Shown one piece after another: positions 9,833-19,994 of a stretch of 64,000 nucleotides of DNA (its first letter is position 1; each line of letters starts with the position of its first letter). The position numbers and the translations under genes were made by a program. The notes under the pieces are model-generated. The model worked only from the letters and a program-made list of their open reading frames with translations. It was not told the origin of the DNA and did no database searches. The DNA lies in the IMG/VR virus record IMGVR_UViG_3300030673_000004, positions 124,001 to 188,000 of that record, one strand, 5' to 3'.

Positions 9833-12238
9833 ATGAGTTTTGCCCTTCCTTCTGCATATCAAGAGTTCATCGCTAAGTCCCGTTATTCTCGCTGGTTGGA
9901 GAATGAGAATCGTCGTGAGACTTGGGATGAGACAATTGATAGGTATCTTAATTTCTTCTTTGATCACCATAAGCCTACAGCATCTGCTTTTCTATCCCTA
10001 GATGATCAGGGTGCTGGTCTAAAGCAAGACTTACGCAATGCTATGCTTCATTTAGAGGCTCTACCAGCTATGCGTTGTTTGATGACAGCCGGACCTGCCT
10101 TAGATCGTGATAATGTTGCTGGTTACAACTGCTCGTATGTTGCCATTGATCACATCAAAGCCTTTTCTGAGGCGATGTACGTACTTATGTGCGGTGCAGG
10201 CGCAGGATTTTCTGTAGAGCGTCAGTTTGTATCTAAGTTACCTGAAATAGCCGAGTCATTTCATCCATCGGATACTGTTATTATTGTAGAGGATAGTCGG
10301 ATTGGGTGGGCAAAAGCCCTAGATGAGCTTCTTTACTTGCTTTATGGTGGCCAAATTCCTCGTTGGGATGTTTCTCGTGTGCGTCCTGCGGGATCCCGTC
10401 TTAAGATCTTTGGCGGTCGTGCTTCTGGTCCTGAACCCTTGGAGAAACTATTTAAGTTTGCTGTTGCTTTGTTCCAAAAAGCTGCTGGGCGTAAGCTGGA
10501 GTCAATTGAGTGCCATGATCTCATGTGCAAAATTGCAGATATTGTTGTCGTTGGTGGTGTTCGTAGAGCTGCACTTCTATCCCTATCGAACTTGTCTGAT
10601 TTAAGGATGCGTGATGCTAAGTCAGGATCCTGGTGGGATTACGCTCCTCATCGGAAGCTTGCTAATAATTCTGTTGCCTATACGGAGCGTCCTGATATTG
10701 GGCACTTTATGGAGGAGTGGGTATCTTTGTATAAATCCTACTCTGGTGAACGTGGCATCTTCAACAGAGAAGCTGCCCGAAAGCTCGCTGCTCGTTACGG
10801 TAAGAGAGACCCGAATCAGCAGTTTGGGTGTAATCCGTGCTGCTTTACTGGTGATACTTTGATTGCTGTTGCTGATGGTAGGAATGCTGTCAGCATTCAT
10901 GATTTAGCTGAACAGAGTGCTGGTTCAGTTCCTTTTCTTGTTTACAGTGCTCGGCTGAATCGTCGTGGTGACAAGGTTAATTCTTGGGTTACTGAGATAA
11001 AGTCGGCTGTAGCTAAGAAGACAGGCACAAAGCCTGTTGTTCTTGTAACATTATCTAATGGTTCTTCCTTCCGTTGTACTGATGACCATTTATTGGCTAC
11101 TCCTGCTGGAACTTATGTGATGGCTAAAGACGCCTTAGGTGCTGTACTCGTGTCTTATACGGATAATTCCTCTGATATTACTGTTGTATCTATTGAGGAT
11201 GCGGGTATCGAAGATATCTTTGATTTGACTGTTGAGGATAATCACAATTTTTATATTATTACATCTACAGAGGATGCTTCTTATAATAATTGTGAAGGTA
11301 TTCTGGTTCATAACTCAGAGATCATTCTTCGATCCATGCAGTTCTGCAATCTATCTACTATTGTTTTGCGTCCTGATGATACAAAAGATGACATTCGTAA
11401 GAAGATTCGCCTAGCTGCTATTTTTGGAACTATGCAGTCAACGTTGACTAATTTTCGGTATCTGCGGAAAAAGTGGCGGCAGAACACTGAGGAGGAAGCT
11501 CTTATCGGTGTATCCATGACAGGCATCTTTGATCATCCTCTCATGGGTGCCGTATCGTCAGAAGAGCGTGATACATTCCTGCAGGAGCTTCGTCTTATTG
11601 TGGAGAGTGTTAATAAGGAATTTGCTGAGATCTTTCATGTGAGTCCTGCGGCTGCTGGGACTTGCATTAAACCAGAAGGCACCGTTTCTGAGTTGGTTGG
11701 GTCGGCTTCAGGCATCCACCCGCGATTCTCTAAGTATTATATCCGGTCTGTTCGCGGTGACAACAAGGATCCTCTAACTAGTTTCTTGAAGACCACAGGT
11801 GTTAAGTGGGAACCCGAGATTGGTAAAGAAGATTCTACCACAGTGTTTTACTTCCCTGTTAAAGCTCCTGATGTTTGTGTAACCCGAGATGATCTTACGG
11901 CTATTGATCAGTTGAAGATCTGGAAGGCATATCAAGATCACTACTGTGAGCATAAGCCATCTATTACGGTATATGTTCGTGAGAATGAGTGGCTTGAAGT
12001 GGGTGCTTGGGTTTGGGATAACTTTGATATGATGTCTGGTGTTTCATTCTTGCCTTATGACAATGGTGTGTATCAGCAAGCACCCTATACCGTATGTACA
12101 GAGGAAGAGTACCTGGCTTTGAAGGAGAAGACCCCTGTAATTGATTGGGCCGCTCTTGAAGCTGTGGAGACCGATGACGCTGCTGTTGCCGGTATTCGTG
12201 AGTATGCTTGCACAGGTGGGGGTTGTGAGCTCCGTTAA
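9833..12238 (+). CDS. nrdJ: Ribonucleotide reductase, probably class II (adenosylcobalamin-dependent, NrdJ-like), interrupted by an intein
   Basis: SRYSRW...RRETW, AGYNCSY, GGVRRAALLSL, NPC|SEI..R..QFCNL, TCIKPEGTVSEL and a C-terminal CTGGGC. About 643 aa after intein removal. No beta-subunit gene in the window, so the class is inferred. Confidence 0.85.
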   Translation: MSFALPSAYQEFIAKSRYSRWLENENRRETWDETIDRYLNFFFDHHKPTASAFLSLDDQGAGLKQDLRNAMLHLEALPAMRCLMTAGPALDRDNVAGYNCSYVAIDHIKAFSEAMYVLMCGAGAGFSVERQFVSKLPEIAESFHPSDTVIIVEDSRIGWAKALDELLYLLYGGQIPRWDVSRVRPAGSRLKIFGGRASGPEPLEKLFKFAVALFQKAAGRKLESIECHDLMCKIADIVVVGGVRRAALLSLSNLSDLRMRDAKSGSWWDYAPHRKLANNSVAYTERPDIGHFMEEWVSLYKSYSGERGIFNREAARKLAARYGKRDPNQQFGCNPCCFTGDTLIAVADGRNAVSIHDLAEQSAGSVPFLVYSARLNRRGDKVNSWVTEIKSAVAKKTGTKPVVLVTLSNGSSFRCTDDHLLATPAGTYVMAKDALGAVLVSYTDNSSDITVVSIEDAGIEDIFDLTVEDNHNFYIITSTEDASYNNCEGILVHNSEIILRSMQFCNLSTIVLRPDDTKDDIRKKIRLAAIFGTMQSTLTNFRYLRKKWRQNTEEEALIGVSMTGIFDHPLMGAVSSEERDTFLQELRLIVESVNKEFAEIFHVSPAAAGTCIKPEGTVSELVGSASGIHPRFSKYYIRSVRGDNKDPLTSFLKTTGVKWEPEIGKEDSTTVFYFPVKAPDVCVTRDDLTAIDQLKIWKAYQDHYCEHKPSITVYVRENEWLEVGAWVWDNFDMMSGVSFLPYDNGVYQQAPYTVCTEEEYLALKEKTPVIDWAALEAVETDDAAVAGIREYACTGGGCELR
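10841..11314 (+). mobile_element. Mini-intein (158 aa, no homing endonuclease)
   Basis: Starts CFTGDTLI, has block B CTDDHLL and IFDLTVEDNHNF, ends ILVHN followed by Ser. Removing it restores GCNPC-SEI. Confidence 0.9.
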
Positions 12239-12260
12239 TCTTTGCTAGAAGATTGATAAG

Positions 12261-12288
12261 GCCCAGTCTTTATAGGCTGGGCTTTTTT
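12261..12288 (+). terminator. Rho-independent terminator after RNR
   Basis: GCCCAGTCT-TTAT-AGGCTGGGC followed by T6. Confidence 0.85.
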
Positions 12289-12305
12289 ATTACCCACTTC
12301 TTTGT

Positions 12306-13319
12306 ATGGCCGTAGACTACAATGTAACGAATCTTAGCCCCAGACCTGTTGCTGTATCTCCGTCTGAGGCAGCAAAGATTACAGCACCGACTCATATTAA
12401 GATGCTGGCTAAGAATGCTATTCAGACGTATCTGGAAAGGTTCTTTTCTGAGCGTGGTGACTTGCGTGAGATTGTAGCGAATCTATTTCCCGAAGGTACC
12501 AAGTACATTACAGATAAATCGTTTAATTTTGATGAAGATCAAACAAAAGTGAGTTTGAAGTTATCAAAGTTTTATGAAGAGATGCAAGCAAGTATTCCGT
12601 GTATTGTTATAGCAGATACCGGGATGTCTAGTAAACGTCAGGGGCTTGGATATCACTCGGGCATGCAACGAGATAATAATGGGGACACTGTTAGGCACTT
12701 TCATATTATACGAGAGGTGCAGATTACCATATCCGTAGCAACATTTGATCAAGATTCAACAAATGGCTTTATGGATTTACTCGGCTTGGCTTTTGGTGAT
12801 ATGAACGGCGTTTTATCTGGTAGCTATTTGTATCCAGAGGATCCTGTACAATCTTGGGAACTTCGGTTTCCTATGAACATTGAATTGGGTACTACTGAGA
12901 AAATGGCCCGGCAGGATGACCCTAAGAATCAAATATGGATGTCGCTACTAACTATACCTGTAACTTTTGAGCATTTGTTCTGCATGCGTGTGCTTCGTCC
13001 TATGAATGCTGATGTGGCTATGGCTACACCATACAATGTGCCAACGACGGCATTCGTTAATTTTTCAGATACAGTTCGTGTTGGTTCAAAAGTGCATGGC
13101 TTTGTTTCAGGTATGCCTGTAGGTGCTACTTTAATTAGCAGTGATCCATCAAGAGCACTCATAAGTCGTGGGACTATGCCTACTGAATATGTATTAACAA
13201 TACGTTCTCCCGGTACGTTTTATTTAAGACTCGTTTCAGATCATACCGTTCAGGGTGTCCCCGGCGAAGGTGTGACGCATCAAATTCTATTAGAAAAGAA
13301 GATAACAGCGACATACTAG
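12306..13319 (+). CDS. Putative tail completion/neck protein
   Basis: 337 aa directly upstream of the tail sheath, the usual tail-terminator position, with a beta-rich C-terminus. Function inferred from synteny only. Confidence 0.45.
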   Translation: MAVDYNVTNLSPRPVAVSPSEAAKITAPTHIKMLAKNAIQTYLERFFSERGDLREIVANLFPEGTKYITDKSFNFDEDQTKVSLKLSKFYEEMQASIPCIVIADTGMSSKRQGLGYHSGMQRDNNGDTVRHFHIIREVQITISVATFDQDSTNGFMDLLGLAFGDMNGVLSGSYLYPEDPVQSWELRFPMNIELGTTEKMARQDDPKNQIWMSLLTIPVTFEHLFCMRVLRPMNADVAMATPYNVPTTAFVNFSDTVRVGSKVHGFVSGMPVGATLISSDPSRALISRGTMPTEYVLTIRSPGTFYLRLVSDHTVQGVPGEGVTHQILLEKKITATY

Positions 13320-13421
13320 TTACAAAACTAGTGCATTTTGTCACTTTTATCTGTTAATAACATTGAAATCTCTTCTTAGAAGATACACCGTAATTACCAA
13401 AAAAGAATAGAAGGAATATCC

Positions 13422-16400
13422 ATGGCAACATCACTGAATCCGGGTCGTTATGTACCAGTAGGTGCGTACACTTCGGAAATCGTTCAGGCTTCGGGTACAA
13501 ATCTGGATACGGCTACCCGTATTCCTACTTATATTGGTGTCGGTAGCCGACTGATCAATCAAGCGAATCTTCAGATCAGCCGCGCTTATATCAACGATGC
13601 ACCTCTGACTTTTACTGCTACTAGCCCACATACAGCAGCTCTTTCGCCTTTGGCCGTATGCAATAAGAGCATGACGACTATCGTTGATTCAAAGGCAGTA
13701 GCTGTTCGTAGTGACCTTTGGTACTTCAATAGCGACGGATCTACTGTTGTTATTGCTGATGCTGCCTACAGATCTGGTGAAGTTTATACGATTTCATATC
13801 AATCTGCCGATGCTTCTATTGGTGATGCCATGCCGTATGCAGGCATTCGTGAAATAACATCTGTTGGTACTTTTGCTAGTCAATCGCAGTTTGAGCGTAA
13901 CACAGATTTTTATCTGTCAACATCTGTTGGTTCTGTTGGTGCTAAGATCGACTCATCTACAGGTGAATATGTTCAGTATACTAATAGTGCTGCTACGTTT
14001 ACGGCTGTTACCCATACATCGGGTGCTGGATCGGCCAAAGTAGCTCTAGACGCATACACTGAATTCAATCATAACTACAGTCGTTCCTATACACTTCAGG
14101 TGACAGCAAGCTCAAGCACTGCTTATACGTTTGCTTGGACAGCAACACCTATTGCTTCTGGTAATGATGCGGCTCCTTCTGTGCCCTTAACATCTGCTGT
14201 AGCTGCACCGACATTTTTGGTGGATTCTACTTTAGTCCAGACTCAAACGGTCACTCTAGAATATGGTGTGAAGGTTGATTTTGACTTCTCCGGTAGTACT
14301 TCATTTGTTGTTGGTGACACTTACACATTCAGTGCTTATGCTCCGGCTCTTATTGAGCCCCATTCTGCATTTGCCAATAAAAATCAGTATGCTGTTGCAA
14401 CTGATGTGATTGCTGCTGATGATAATACAGGTGTTGGTTCCCTTGTAGCTGACGTAGATGGTTACACAGGAACTACAAATCTAAATGTTCAGTTGAACGT
14501 TGTTTCTGTAGATCCCGCTATCAGTGCAGCCTCTGTTCCGACGGGTACTGTTACATTGACAGGTACTCCTGTAGATGGGCAGGCTTTTGTTATCAGCAAT
14601 GGACTTGCTGGTACCAAGAAGGTAACACGTACTTTTGAGTTTGATACCGATGGTGTTCGCTCTGTTGCGGATTCTACTTTGGTACCCGTGTCTACCGTTG
14701 CTGCTACCTATTCTGTAGGTGGTATTGCTTTTGGAACTGCTAGCGCTCCTGTTATCCCGGCAGACGGCGATGTCTTAGTGCTGAATGATGGTTCTAGCAC
14801 TTATACATTTGAGTTTGATTCCGACAATAACTTGACAAACCGTAGTGCTATTCGTGTTGTAATTGATACAACATCTCTGCTAACGGCTGCTAATTTAGCA
14901 TCTGCTATCAATAGCTCGGCTGTGCGCCTAACGGCTGCTAATGATGTGTCCTCTACTTATGGTAAGATCACACTTACTAATAAAGTTGCTGGAACAATTG
15001 GTAACGCTGCTAATTCCTATACAGGATCGGCTGCTGTTATTCTTACGCAGCCCACAAACGGAACAGATGCCTCGGTTAATCTTAGTGCAACTACCACAGC
15101 GTTGATCTCTGCGCTTAATAGTGCAAGCACCGCTTTGGGCATGGTCGCTACTTCAGATGATTCTACTGTAGGTTTAGTGCATCTTACCTATGGTGCTCAG
15201 TTTACGTTGACCGCTCTTCCAACGGCTGCTGACACGGTAACTGTTGCTTTGGGATCCACAACCAACGTGTTTACCTTCCGTGCTCTTGCGGATGCTACAG
15301 GAGCTACAGATGTAGCTATCGGTACTACCGTAGCAGCTACTGTTGCTAATTTGGCAGCAAAGCTAAGTGCTGAGGTGTCTTACTTAGTGGCCCATACAGA
15401 TGTAACCGTAACTGTTGCTCATGCTTATGGTAGATCTCTTACTCTGAGTAAGACTTCTTCTGTTGTAACAATTCTTTCTAGCGTTGTTGATAATGCTTCG
15501 GCTAGTTCTGTCGGGAATGTGGCAATCACAGCAGTCAGCACTCTTTCTAATGTTACTTTGGCTGGAATGTCTGGCGGTGTTGTTGCTGCTGATGCACCCG
15601 ATCACCTGACATTTGCTTGGGGTGTTGGTGGTGATATCTTTGCAGGTGGTACATTCACGGTTGCTGAAACAGATAAAGCAACTAAGGAGTTTACTCTTGT
15701 TCGTGGTATCAAGGTGAAGCTGAGTCAGGCCATTGCTTCTCATGCTGCCGGATCTGTCGTTTTTCATTCCCAACCTGCTGTTGCAGATCTTCTGACTGTT
15801 ACCGATGGCTTGGGTGAGTCAGCTCATGTTTTTGAGTTCAGCACGACAGGAACAGTTACTTCTGGTCATACGGCTGTTCTGATTGGTAGTTCTATTGCAA
15901 CAACCGCTGCTAATCTAGTAGCTACTGTGAATGCTGCTACTACAGCTCTAGCAATAACTGCTTCGCTGTCCGGAAGTACCGTTACATTGGTAAACGATAA
16001 GACAGGCACAGGCTCGTCTAATGCTTACAATACAGCGATCACTACAACAAGTACACATCTAGCCACAACAGGATTTGCTGGTGGTAAGGAGAACTACGCT
16101 GTTGGTGATGTATACACATTCACGGTTAAGGCTCCTCGTAAGTTTCCTACTGCTTATGATAGCCGAACTGTAGAATTTACTGTGTCTCAGGTTGGACTTA
16201 CTGGTAGTGGTGTTACAACGGATAACGGTTATGTAGCGTTTACCTATTCGTCGTCTACTCCCGAGGGTGGCTTTGGGAGTGTTACTGCGGCTACATCCAG
16301 CTACGGTTACTTCTCTCTACCTGGCCAGCTTACCTATGCTGCACGTAATACAATCCCGACGGTGTCTGGTGCTAACCGATTCGCAGTAGGTGATAAGTTC

Positions 16401-17849
16401 ACAACTAAGTTTGTGAACAATGAGGTCATCTATTGGGATTTGGATACTAAAGTATCTGAGTCTTTTACTGCTGATGACATTTTAGTTGATCGTAGTGGTG
16501 CCGTGACAGGATCTATTGGTGCTCTATATATTGCTTTGGAGTCCACACCAGTAACAAAGTATGGTGTCAAAGCTACTATGAGTGGAGTAACTTTTGCCGA
16601 TTATACATTGTCTGGAAATCAGATTCTGTTGACAGCAACGTCTACTGCGTCAATCAGTGGTACCCTAGTTTTCAATTATGTATCTGTCGGTTCAGAGCCT
16701 TCTCTAGGATCAACTTACTACATCTCTGGCAACTACAAGAGACCTGCTAGTAAGTATAATACGCTTCTTACGTATTCTACTTATGAAGATGCTCGTGATG
16801 CTCTGGCCCCCATGACTGCCAGTAATAACTTGGCAATCATGAATGAGCTGGCTTGGTCTCAGTCCTATACGCCGGTTAAGGTAGGCTTCATTCAGATTCA
16901 AGATTCGGATGATGATGGTGTGATCAGTACAGATGACGTGACCAACGCTTTGGAAGCAGCCGCATCTGTATCAGGCATTACTGAGGTTACCCCTATCGGT
17001 TTGTCATCCTTCTTAAGTAAGATTATGGCTTTTGATGAGAAGGGTCAGGATCCATTTGAGAAGCGTGAGCATATCACCTGGTACGGATTCCCTATTGGAA
17101 CTGCTGTTGGAGATTCCAATACAGTAGGTACCCTTGTGTATTATGCCCAGAACACGTTGAAGAGCTACGGGTCCGCGCTAACACACGGTCGTCGTGTAAT
17201 GATAGGTCACACTAAGGCTACCATGACGATAACTCTGTACGATGGAACAGATACTTCGGTAACGTTGGATGGTTCATTCATCAATGGTGCTGCTTGTGCT
17301 CTTTGGGCTGCTCGTCCGAATAACTCTACAACGCTATTGAAGAAAAATCTTCTTGGCTTTGATACCATTGATACCTATTCGGATACCGATAACAACACTC
17401 TTGGTGCCGCAAGCATCATCTGGTTGAAGCCTAATGGGGCGGGTGTTTATCAGTTCATGGAAGATATCACTATTGATAATTCCGATGCTACTTTCCAGAG
17501 CTTGCTTGCTACTGGTACTAAGTTGGATGCTGAGCGTGTTGTTCGTAGAGAGATGGATGCTGGTCTTGTTGGTGTTGTTGCCGATACACCGGAATCTGGT
17601 GTAGCTCTGGTTCGGACTAAGTTGGTAACTATCCTTTCCGGTTTAGTGTCCCAGGGACTCATTGCTCCCTACCAGACATCGGATGGATCACCTCGTGCTA
17701 TCTCGTCTGCTGATATTTTAGTCTATGTGGATTCGTCGGATCCAACTCTTTACAATTTCTTCTACGTCATCTACTCGCGCACTGTGATCAAGAGACTGTA
17801 CGGTATGTATTCCGTAAACAAAAATCTCTTTACCTCCTCTGCGTCGTAA
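13422..17849 (+). CDS. Tail sheath protein with a large inserted repeat region
   Basis: N-terminal PGRYVPVGAYTSE..IPTYIGVG and C-terminal sheath domain (EDITID...LVRTKLVTILSGLVSQGLIAPY...DPTLYNFFY...IKRLYGMYSV). AAGGA SD; tube gene downstream. Confidence 0.85.
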   Translation: MATSLNPGRYVPVGAYTSEIVQASGTNLDTATRIPTYIGVGSRLINQANLQISRAYINDAPLTFTATSPHTAALSPLAVCNKSMTTIVDSKAVAVRSDLWYFNSDGSTVVIADAAYRSGEVYTISYQSADASIGDAMPYAGIREITSVGTFASQSQFERNTDFYLSTSVGSVGAKIDSSTGEYVQYTNSAATFTAVTHTSGAGSAKVALDAYTEFNHNYSRSYTLQVTASSSTAYTFAWTATPIASGNDAAPSVPLTSAVAAPTFLVDSTLVQTQTVTLEYGVKVDFDFSGSTSFVVGDTYTFSAYAPALIEPHSAFANKNQYAVATDVIAADDNTGVGSLVADVDGYTGTTNLNVQLNVVSVDPAISAASVPTGTVTLTGTPVDGQAFVISNGLAGTKKVTRTFEFDTDGVRSVADSTLVPVSTVAATYSVGGIAFGTASAPVIPADGDVLVLNDGSSTYTFEFDSDNNLTNRSAIRVVIDTTSLLTAANLASAINSSAVRLTAANDVSSTYGKITLTNKVAGTIGNAANSYTGSAAVILTQPTNGTDASVNLSATTTALISALNSASTALGMVATSDDSTVGLVHLTYGAQFTLTALPTAADTVTVALGSTTNVFTFRALADATGATDVAIGTTVAATVANLAAKLSAEVSYLVAHTDVTVTVAHAYGRSLTLSKTSSVVTILSSVVDNASASSVGNVAITAVSTLSNVTLAGMSGGVVAADAPDHLTFAWGVGGDIFAGGTFTVAETDKATKEFTLVRGIKVKLSQAIASHAAGSVVFHSQPAVADLLTVTDGLGESAHVFEFSTTGTVTSGHTAVLIGSSIATTAANLVATVNAATTALAITASLSGSTVTLVNDKTGTGSSNAYNTAITTTSTHLATTGFAGGKENYAVGDVYTFTVKAPRKFPTAYDSRTVEFTVSQVGLTGSGVTTDNGYVAFTYSSSTPEGGFGSVTAATSSYGYFSLPGQLTYAARNTIPTVSGANRFAVGDKFTTKFVNNEVIYWDLDTKVSESFTADDILVDRSGAVTGSIGALYIALESTPVTKYGVKATMSGVTFADYTLSGNQILLTATSTASISGTLVFNYVSVGSEPSLGSTYYISGNYKRPASKYNTLLTYSTYEDARDALAPMTASNNLAIMNELAWSQSYTPVKVGFIQIQDSDDDGVISTDDVTNALEAAASVSGITEVTPIGLSSFLSKIMAFDEKGQDPFEKREHITWYGFPIGTAVGDSNTVGTLVYYAQNTLKSYGSALTHGRRVMIGHTKATMTITLYDGTDTSVTLDGSFINGAACALWAARPNNSTTLLKKNLLGFDTIDTYSDTDNNTLGAASIIWLKPNGAGVYQFMEDITIDNSDATFQSLLATGTKLDAERVVRREMDAGLVGVVADTPESGVALVRTKLVTILSGLVSQGLIAPYQTSDGSPRAISSADILVYVDSSDPTLYNFFYVIYSRTVIKRLYGMYSVNKNLFTSSAS

Positions 17850-17902
17850 GTGAAGTTTTGAAATTCACAGATCACACCGATTTATACTCAAAGTAGGACT
17901 CC

Positions 17903-18391
17903 GTGAAAGTAATTAGACGACCAACTCTGTTTGAAATTACAGCAGCTCTTGCCAAGTCCGGTTATATGGATATGGCAACAGATCTGGCTGCTAAAGCAGG
18001 TGTTGACGTTGATGATTTGCTTACTTCTCGTTTGAACAAACTTGTTAAACCCAAGTATGTTCGTGAGAAAGTTAAGTCTGCTTATTTGTATCCAAAGCAA
18101 GCGGGCTTAACTGAGCAAGAGCAGAAAGATTTGCTTATCTCTTTTATTGAGAATTTGCAGAAATCCCCGAAGTATGCATTGCTTCCGAGTCTTGATGAGG
18201 CTGCTGGGAATTTTCTCCGGGTAGTTCTTCCTGGTAATCATCCAATTTGGTCCTATAAGATCTCTTTGGGTGATTACCGCTCTTTGGGTTTGGATCAGGT
18301 TGTTTCGGAATCTTCATTGATTGGAGCTTATGTCCGTAAGCCGCGTGCTGACGTACAAGACAAGCTCAGTGATTCATCTAATCACAATTAA
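17903..18391 (+). CDS. Hypothetical protein between sheath and tube
   Basis: 162 aa, GTG start after AGGA. Confidence 0.6.
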   Translation: MKVIRRPTLFEITAALAKSGYMDMATDLAAKAGVDVDDLLTSRLNKLVKPKYVREKVKSAYLYPKQAGLTEQEQKDLLISFIENLQKSPKYALLPSLDEAAGNFLRVVLPGNHPIWSYKISLGDYRSLGLDQVVSESSLIGAYVRKPRADVQDKLSDSSNHN

Positions 18392-18414
18392 ACATCAGAA
18401 CTGAGGTAAACTCT

Positions 18415-19050
18415 ATGAGCGGTAGCTACAGTAATCTTACAGGAGGTCTTGGGTACGGAAATACAGGTATCCAGACCGATAATTCTATAATTAATAGTGA
18501 TAATGGTCATTTTTCGTGGGACTCTACACACGCCCCCTATCAGCCAACAACCATGGTTTATCATGGTATGTCTATTGCAGTAACGCCTCCAGGTGGCACT
18601 ACAACGGAAATTGGACGTGTGCAGTCGTGGAATCCACAAGGTATGACACGTCAGGTTACACACAAAAGTGAGATATCCAAGACAGACTGGGGTCGTCCTG
18701 TGGATATCATTCCCGGCAAGGCTGACGGCTATACGATCAGCATGTCTAGGATTGAAGTTTGGAATAATGAGCTGGAAATTGTTCTTGGTTACTCGGAGCC
18801 TTGGCGTGATCTGATGGATCAGCAGTTCCCTGTGGATTTCTATGAATTCCTGTATAAAGGTAATAAGCTGTATCGTTGCTGGGTATATCCAAATGCTTGG
18901 TGCCAGTCATATTCACGACAGGATATATCAGCAGACGGTGATGGTATTGTATCTGTTAACGCAGACTTTGCTCATATGCCTAAGCTTCTGCTACCTGGCG
19001 TAGATACAATCTTCTCTGCTGGTAGTAACCCCTTAACGGCTGTCGGCTAA
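18415..19050 (+). CDS. Tail tube protein
   Basis: EIGRVQSWNP..TRQVTHKSEI...DIIPGK..GYTISMSRIEVW...LMDQQFPVDFYE...WCQSYS..ISADG..IVSVNADF pattern, downstream of the sheath; GAGG SD. Confidence 0.75.
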   Translation: MSGSYSNLTGGLGYGNTGIQTDNSIINSDNGHFSWDSTHAPYQPTTMVYHGMSIAVTPPGGTTTEIGRVQSWNPQGMTRQVTHKSEISKTDWGRPVDIIPGKADGYTISMSRIEVWNNELEIVLGYSEPWRDLMDQQFPVDFYEFLYKGNKLYRCWVYPNAWCQSYSRQDISADGDGIVSVNADFAHMPKLLLPGVDTIFSAGSNPLTAVG

Positions 19051-19089
19051 CCCCTAACCACCTAGATACACTAAACAAAGGAAATTACA

Positions 19090-19869
19090 ATGGGAATGTC
19101 AATGTTCAATAATAACATCGGGCTGGCTATCGGCAAGTCGCTCGCAAATGATCAGAAGCAGAAGCTGGGCTATCGTGGAGATATGTACTTCGCTGATGCT
19201 CTTCCTCTGAATCGTTCGGAGGCTAAGGTTATGATTGGTTATGATCGTAGCTTAGGTCGCCCATCTCTGAATCAGGTTAGCAGTTTTGTGCTGGCTAAGT
19301 TTGACGGTGAAGTGGATCCCAAGTTGGCTTCAGTTCAGTACCACGAGAAGGGTTTTCAGCATGCAGTTACTGTTGCTGGTGTCTTGATGAGCAAGCGTTT
19401 GCCCGCTGAAGAGAGCAAGCAGATGGAGGCTTTATCCTCTACTATGTTCTTGGATACTACTCTAGGAGAGACTTGGGAAATCAAGGCCGATAACGGTCAT
19501 GATTATCTTGAGTGTGTACGTGATGAAGATATTGGTTCTATACTTAAAGCCGCCCGTGGAAAGCATGTTGTATCTGCTTCTTGCAGTTTTGCTAGTGTAG
19601 CTACGGGTTCTGTTGAGTTCAATGTAGGTGATACTGTTGAATTTATCGGTAACGGTATTCTGCGTGTAGGTGTTGTCAAGTCTAAGACTGACAGCAAGGT
19701 TACTATTTCGTCTGATGATCAGTCCCTGATTGTTGATGCTGAATCTGTTATCAAGGTTGTTGAACTAAGCCCAAAGAGTGCTGAAGAGCAGCGTAAGGTT
19801 GTGTTTGACTACTTTAAGCAGGTTTATGGTCCCGAGCACGCTCGTGAGTTTGTTAAAGAGATGAAGTAA
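19090..19869 (+). CDS. Hypothetical (probably virion) protein with an SH3-like C-terminal segment
   Basis: 259 aa, AAGGA SD; FNVGDTVEF..GVVKSK..KVTI segment; last gene before the terminator. Confidence 0.6.
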   Translation: MGMSMFNNNIGLAIGKSLANDQKQKLGYRGDMYFADALPLNRSEAKVMIGYDRSLGRPSLNQVSSFVLAKFDGEVDPKLASVQYHEKGFQHAVTVAGVLMSKRLPAEESKQMEALSSTMFLDTTLGETWEIKADNGHDYLECVRDEDIGSILKAARGKHVVSASCSFASVATGSVEFNVGDTVEFIGNGILRVGVVKSKTDSKVTISSDDQSLIVDAESVIKVVELSPKSAEEQRKVVFDYFKQVYGPEHAREFVKEMK

Positions 19870-19895
19870 GTTAGAATTAATCGCTGTATTACTCT

Positions 19896-19921
19896 AAGGC
19901 TAATTTCGGTTAGCCTTTTTT
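19896..19921 (+). terminator. Rho-independent terminator ending the tail operon
   Basis: AAGGCTAAT-TTCG-GTTAGCCTT followed by a T run. Confidence 0.85.
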
Positions 19922-19932
19922 GTGCTCTTCCT

Positions 19933-19979
19933 GTTGACAAGCATACAAAATTAATGTATATTTGTTCTTGTCACCTCAA
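19933..19979 (+). repeat. 47-bp promoter/leader direct repeat, copy 1
   Basis: 45/47 identical to 21280..21326. Confidence 0.9.
19934..19962 (+). promoter_or_regulatory. sigma70-type promoter with internal TACA-N7-TGTA
   Basis: TTGACA-agcatacaaaattaatg-TATATT. Confidence 0.85.
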
Positions 19980-19994
19980 TAGCAAGGATTACAA

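Noticed and set aside
10841-11314. Homing endonuclease within the intein
   Set aside because: Only 158 aa, with no LAGLIDADG or HNH motif between the splicing blocks.
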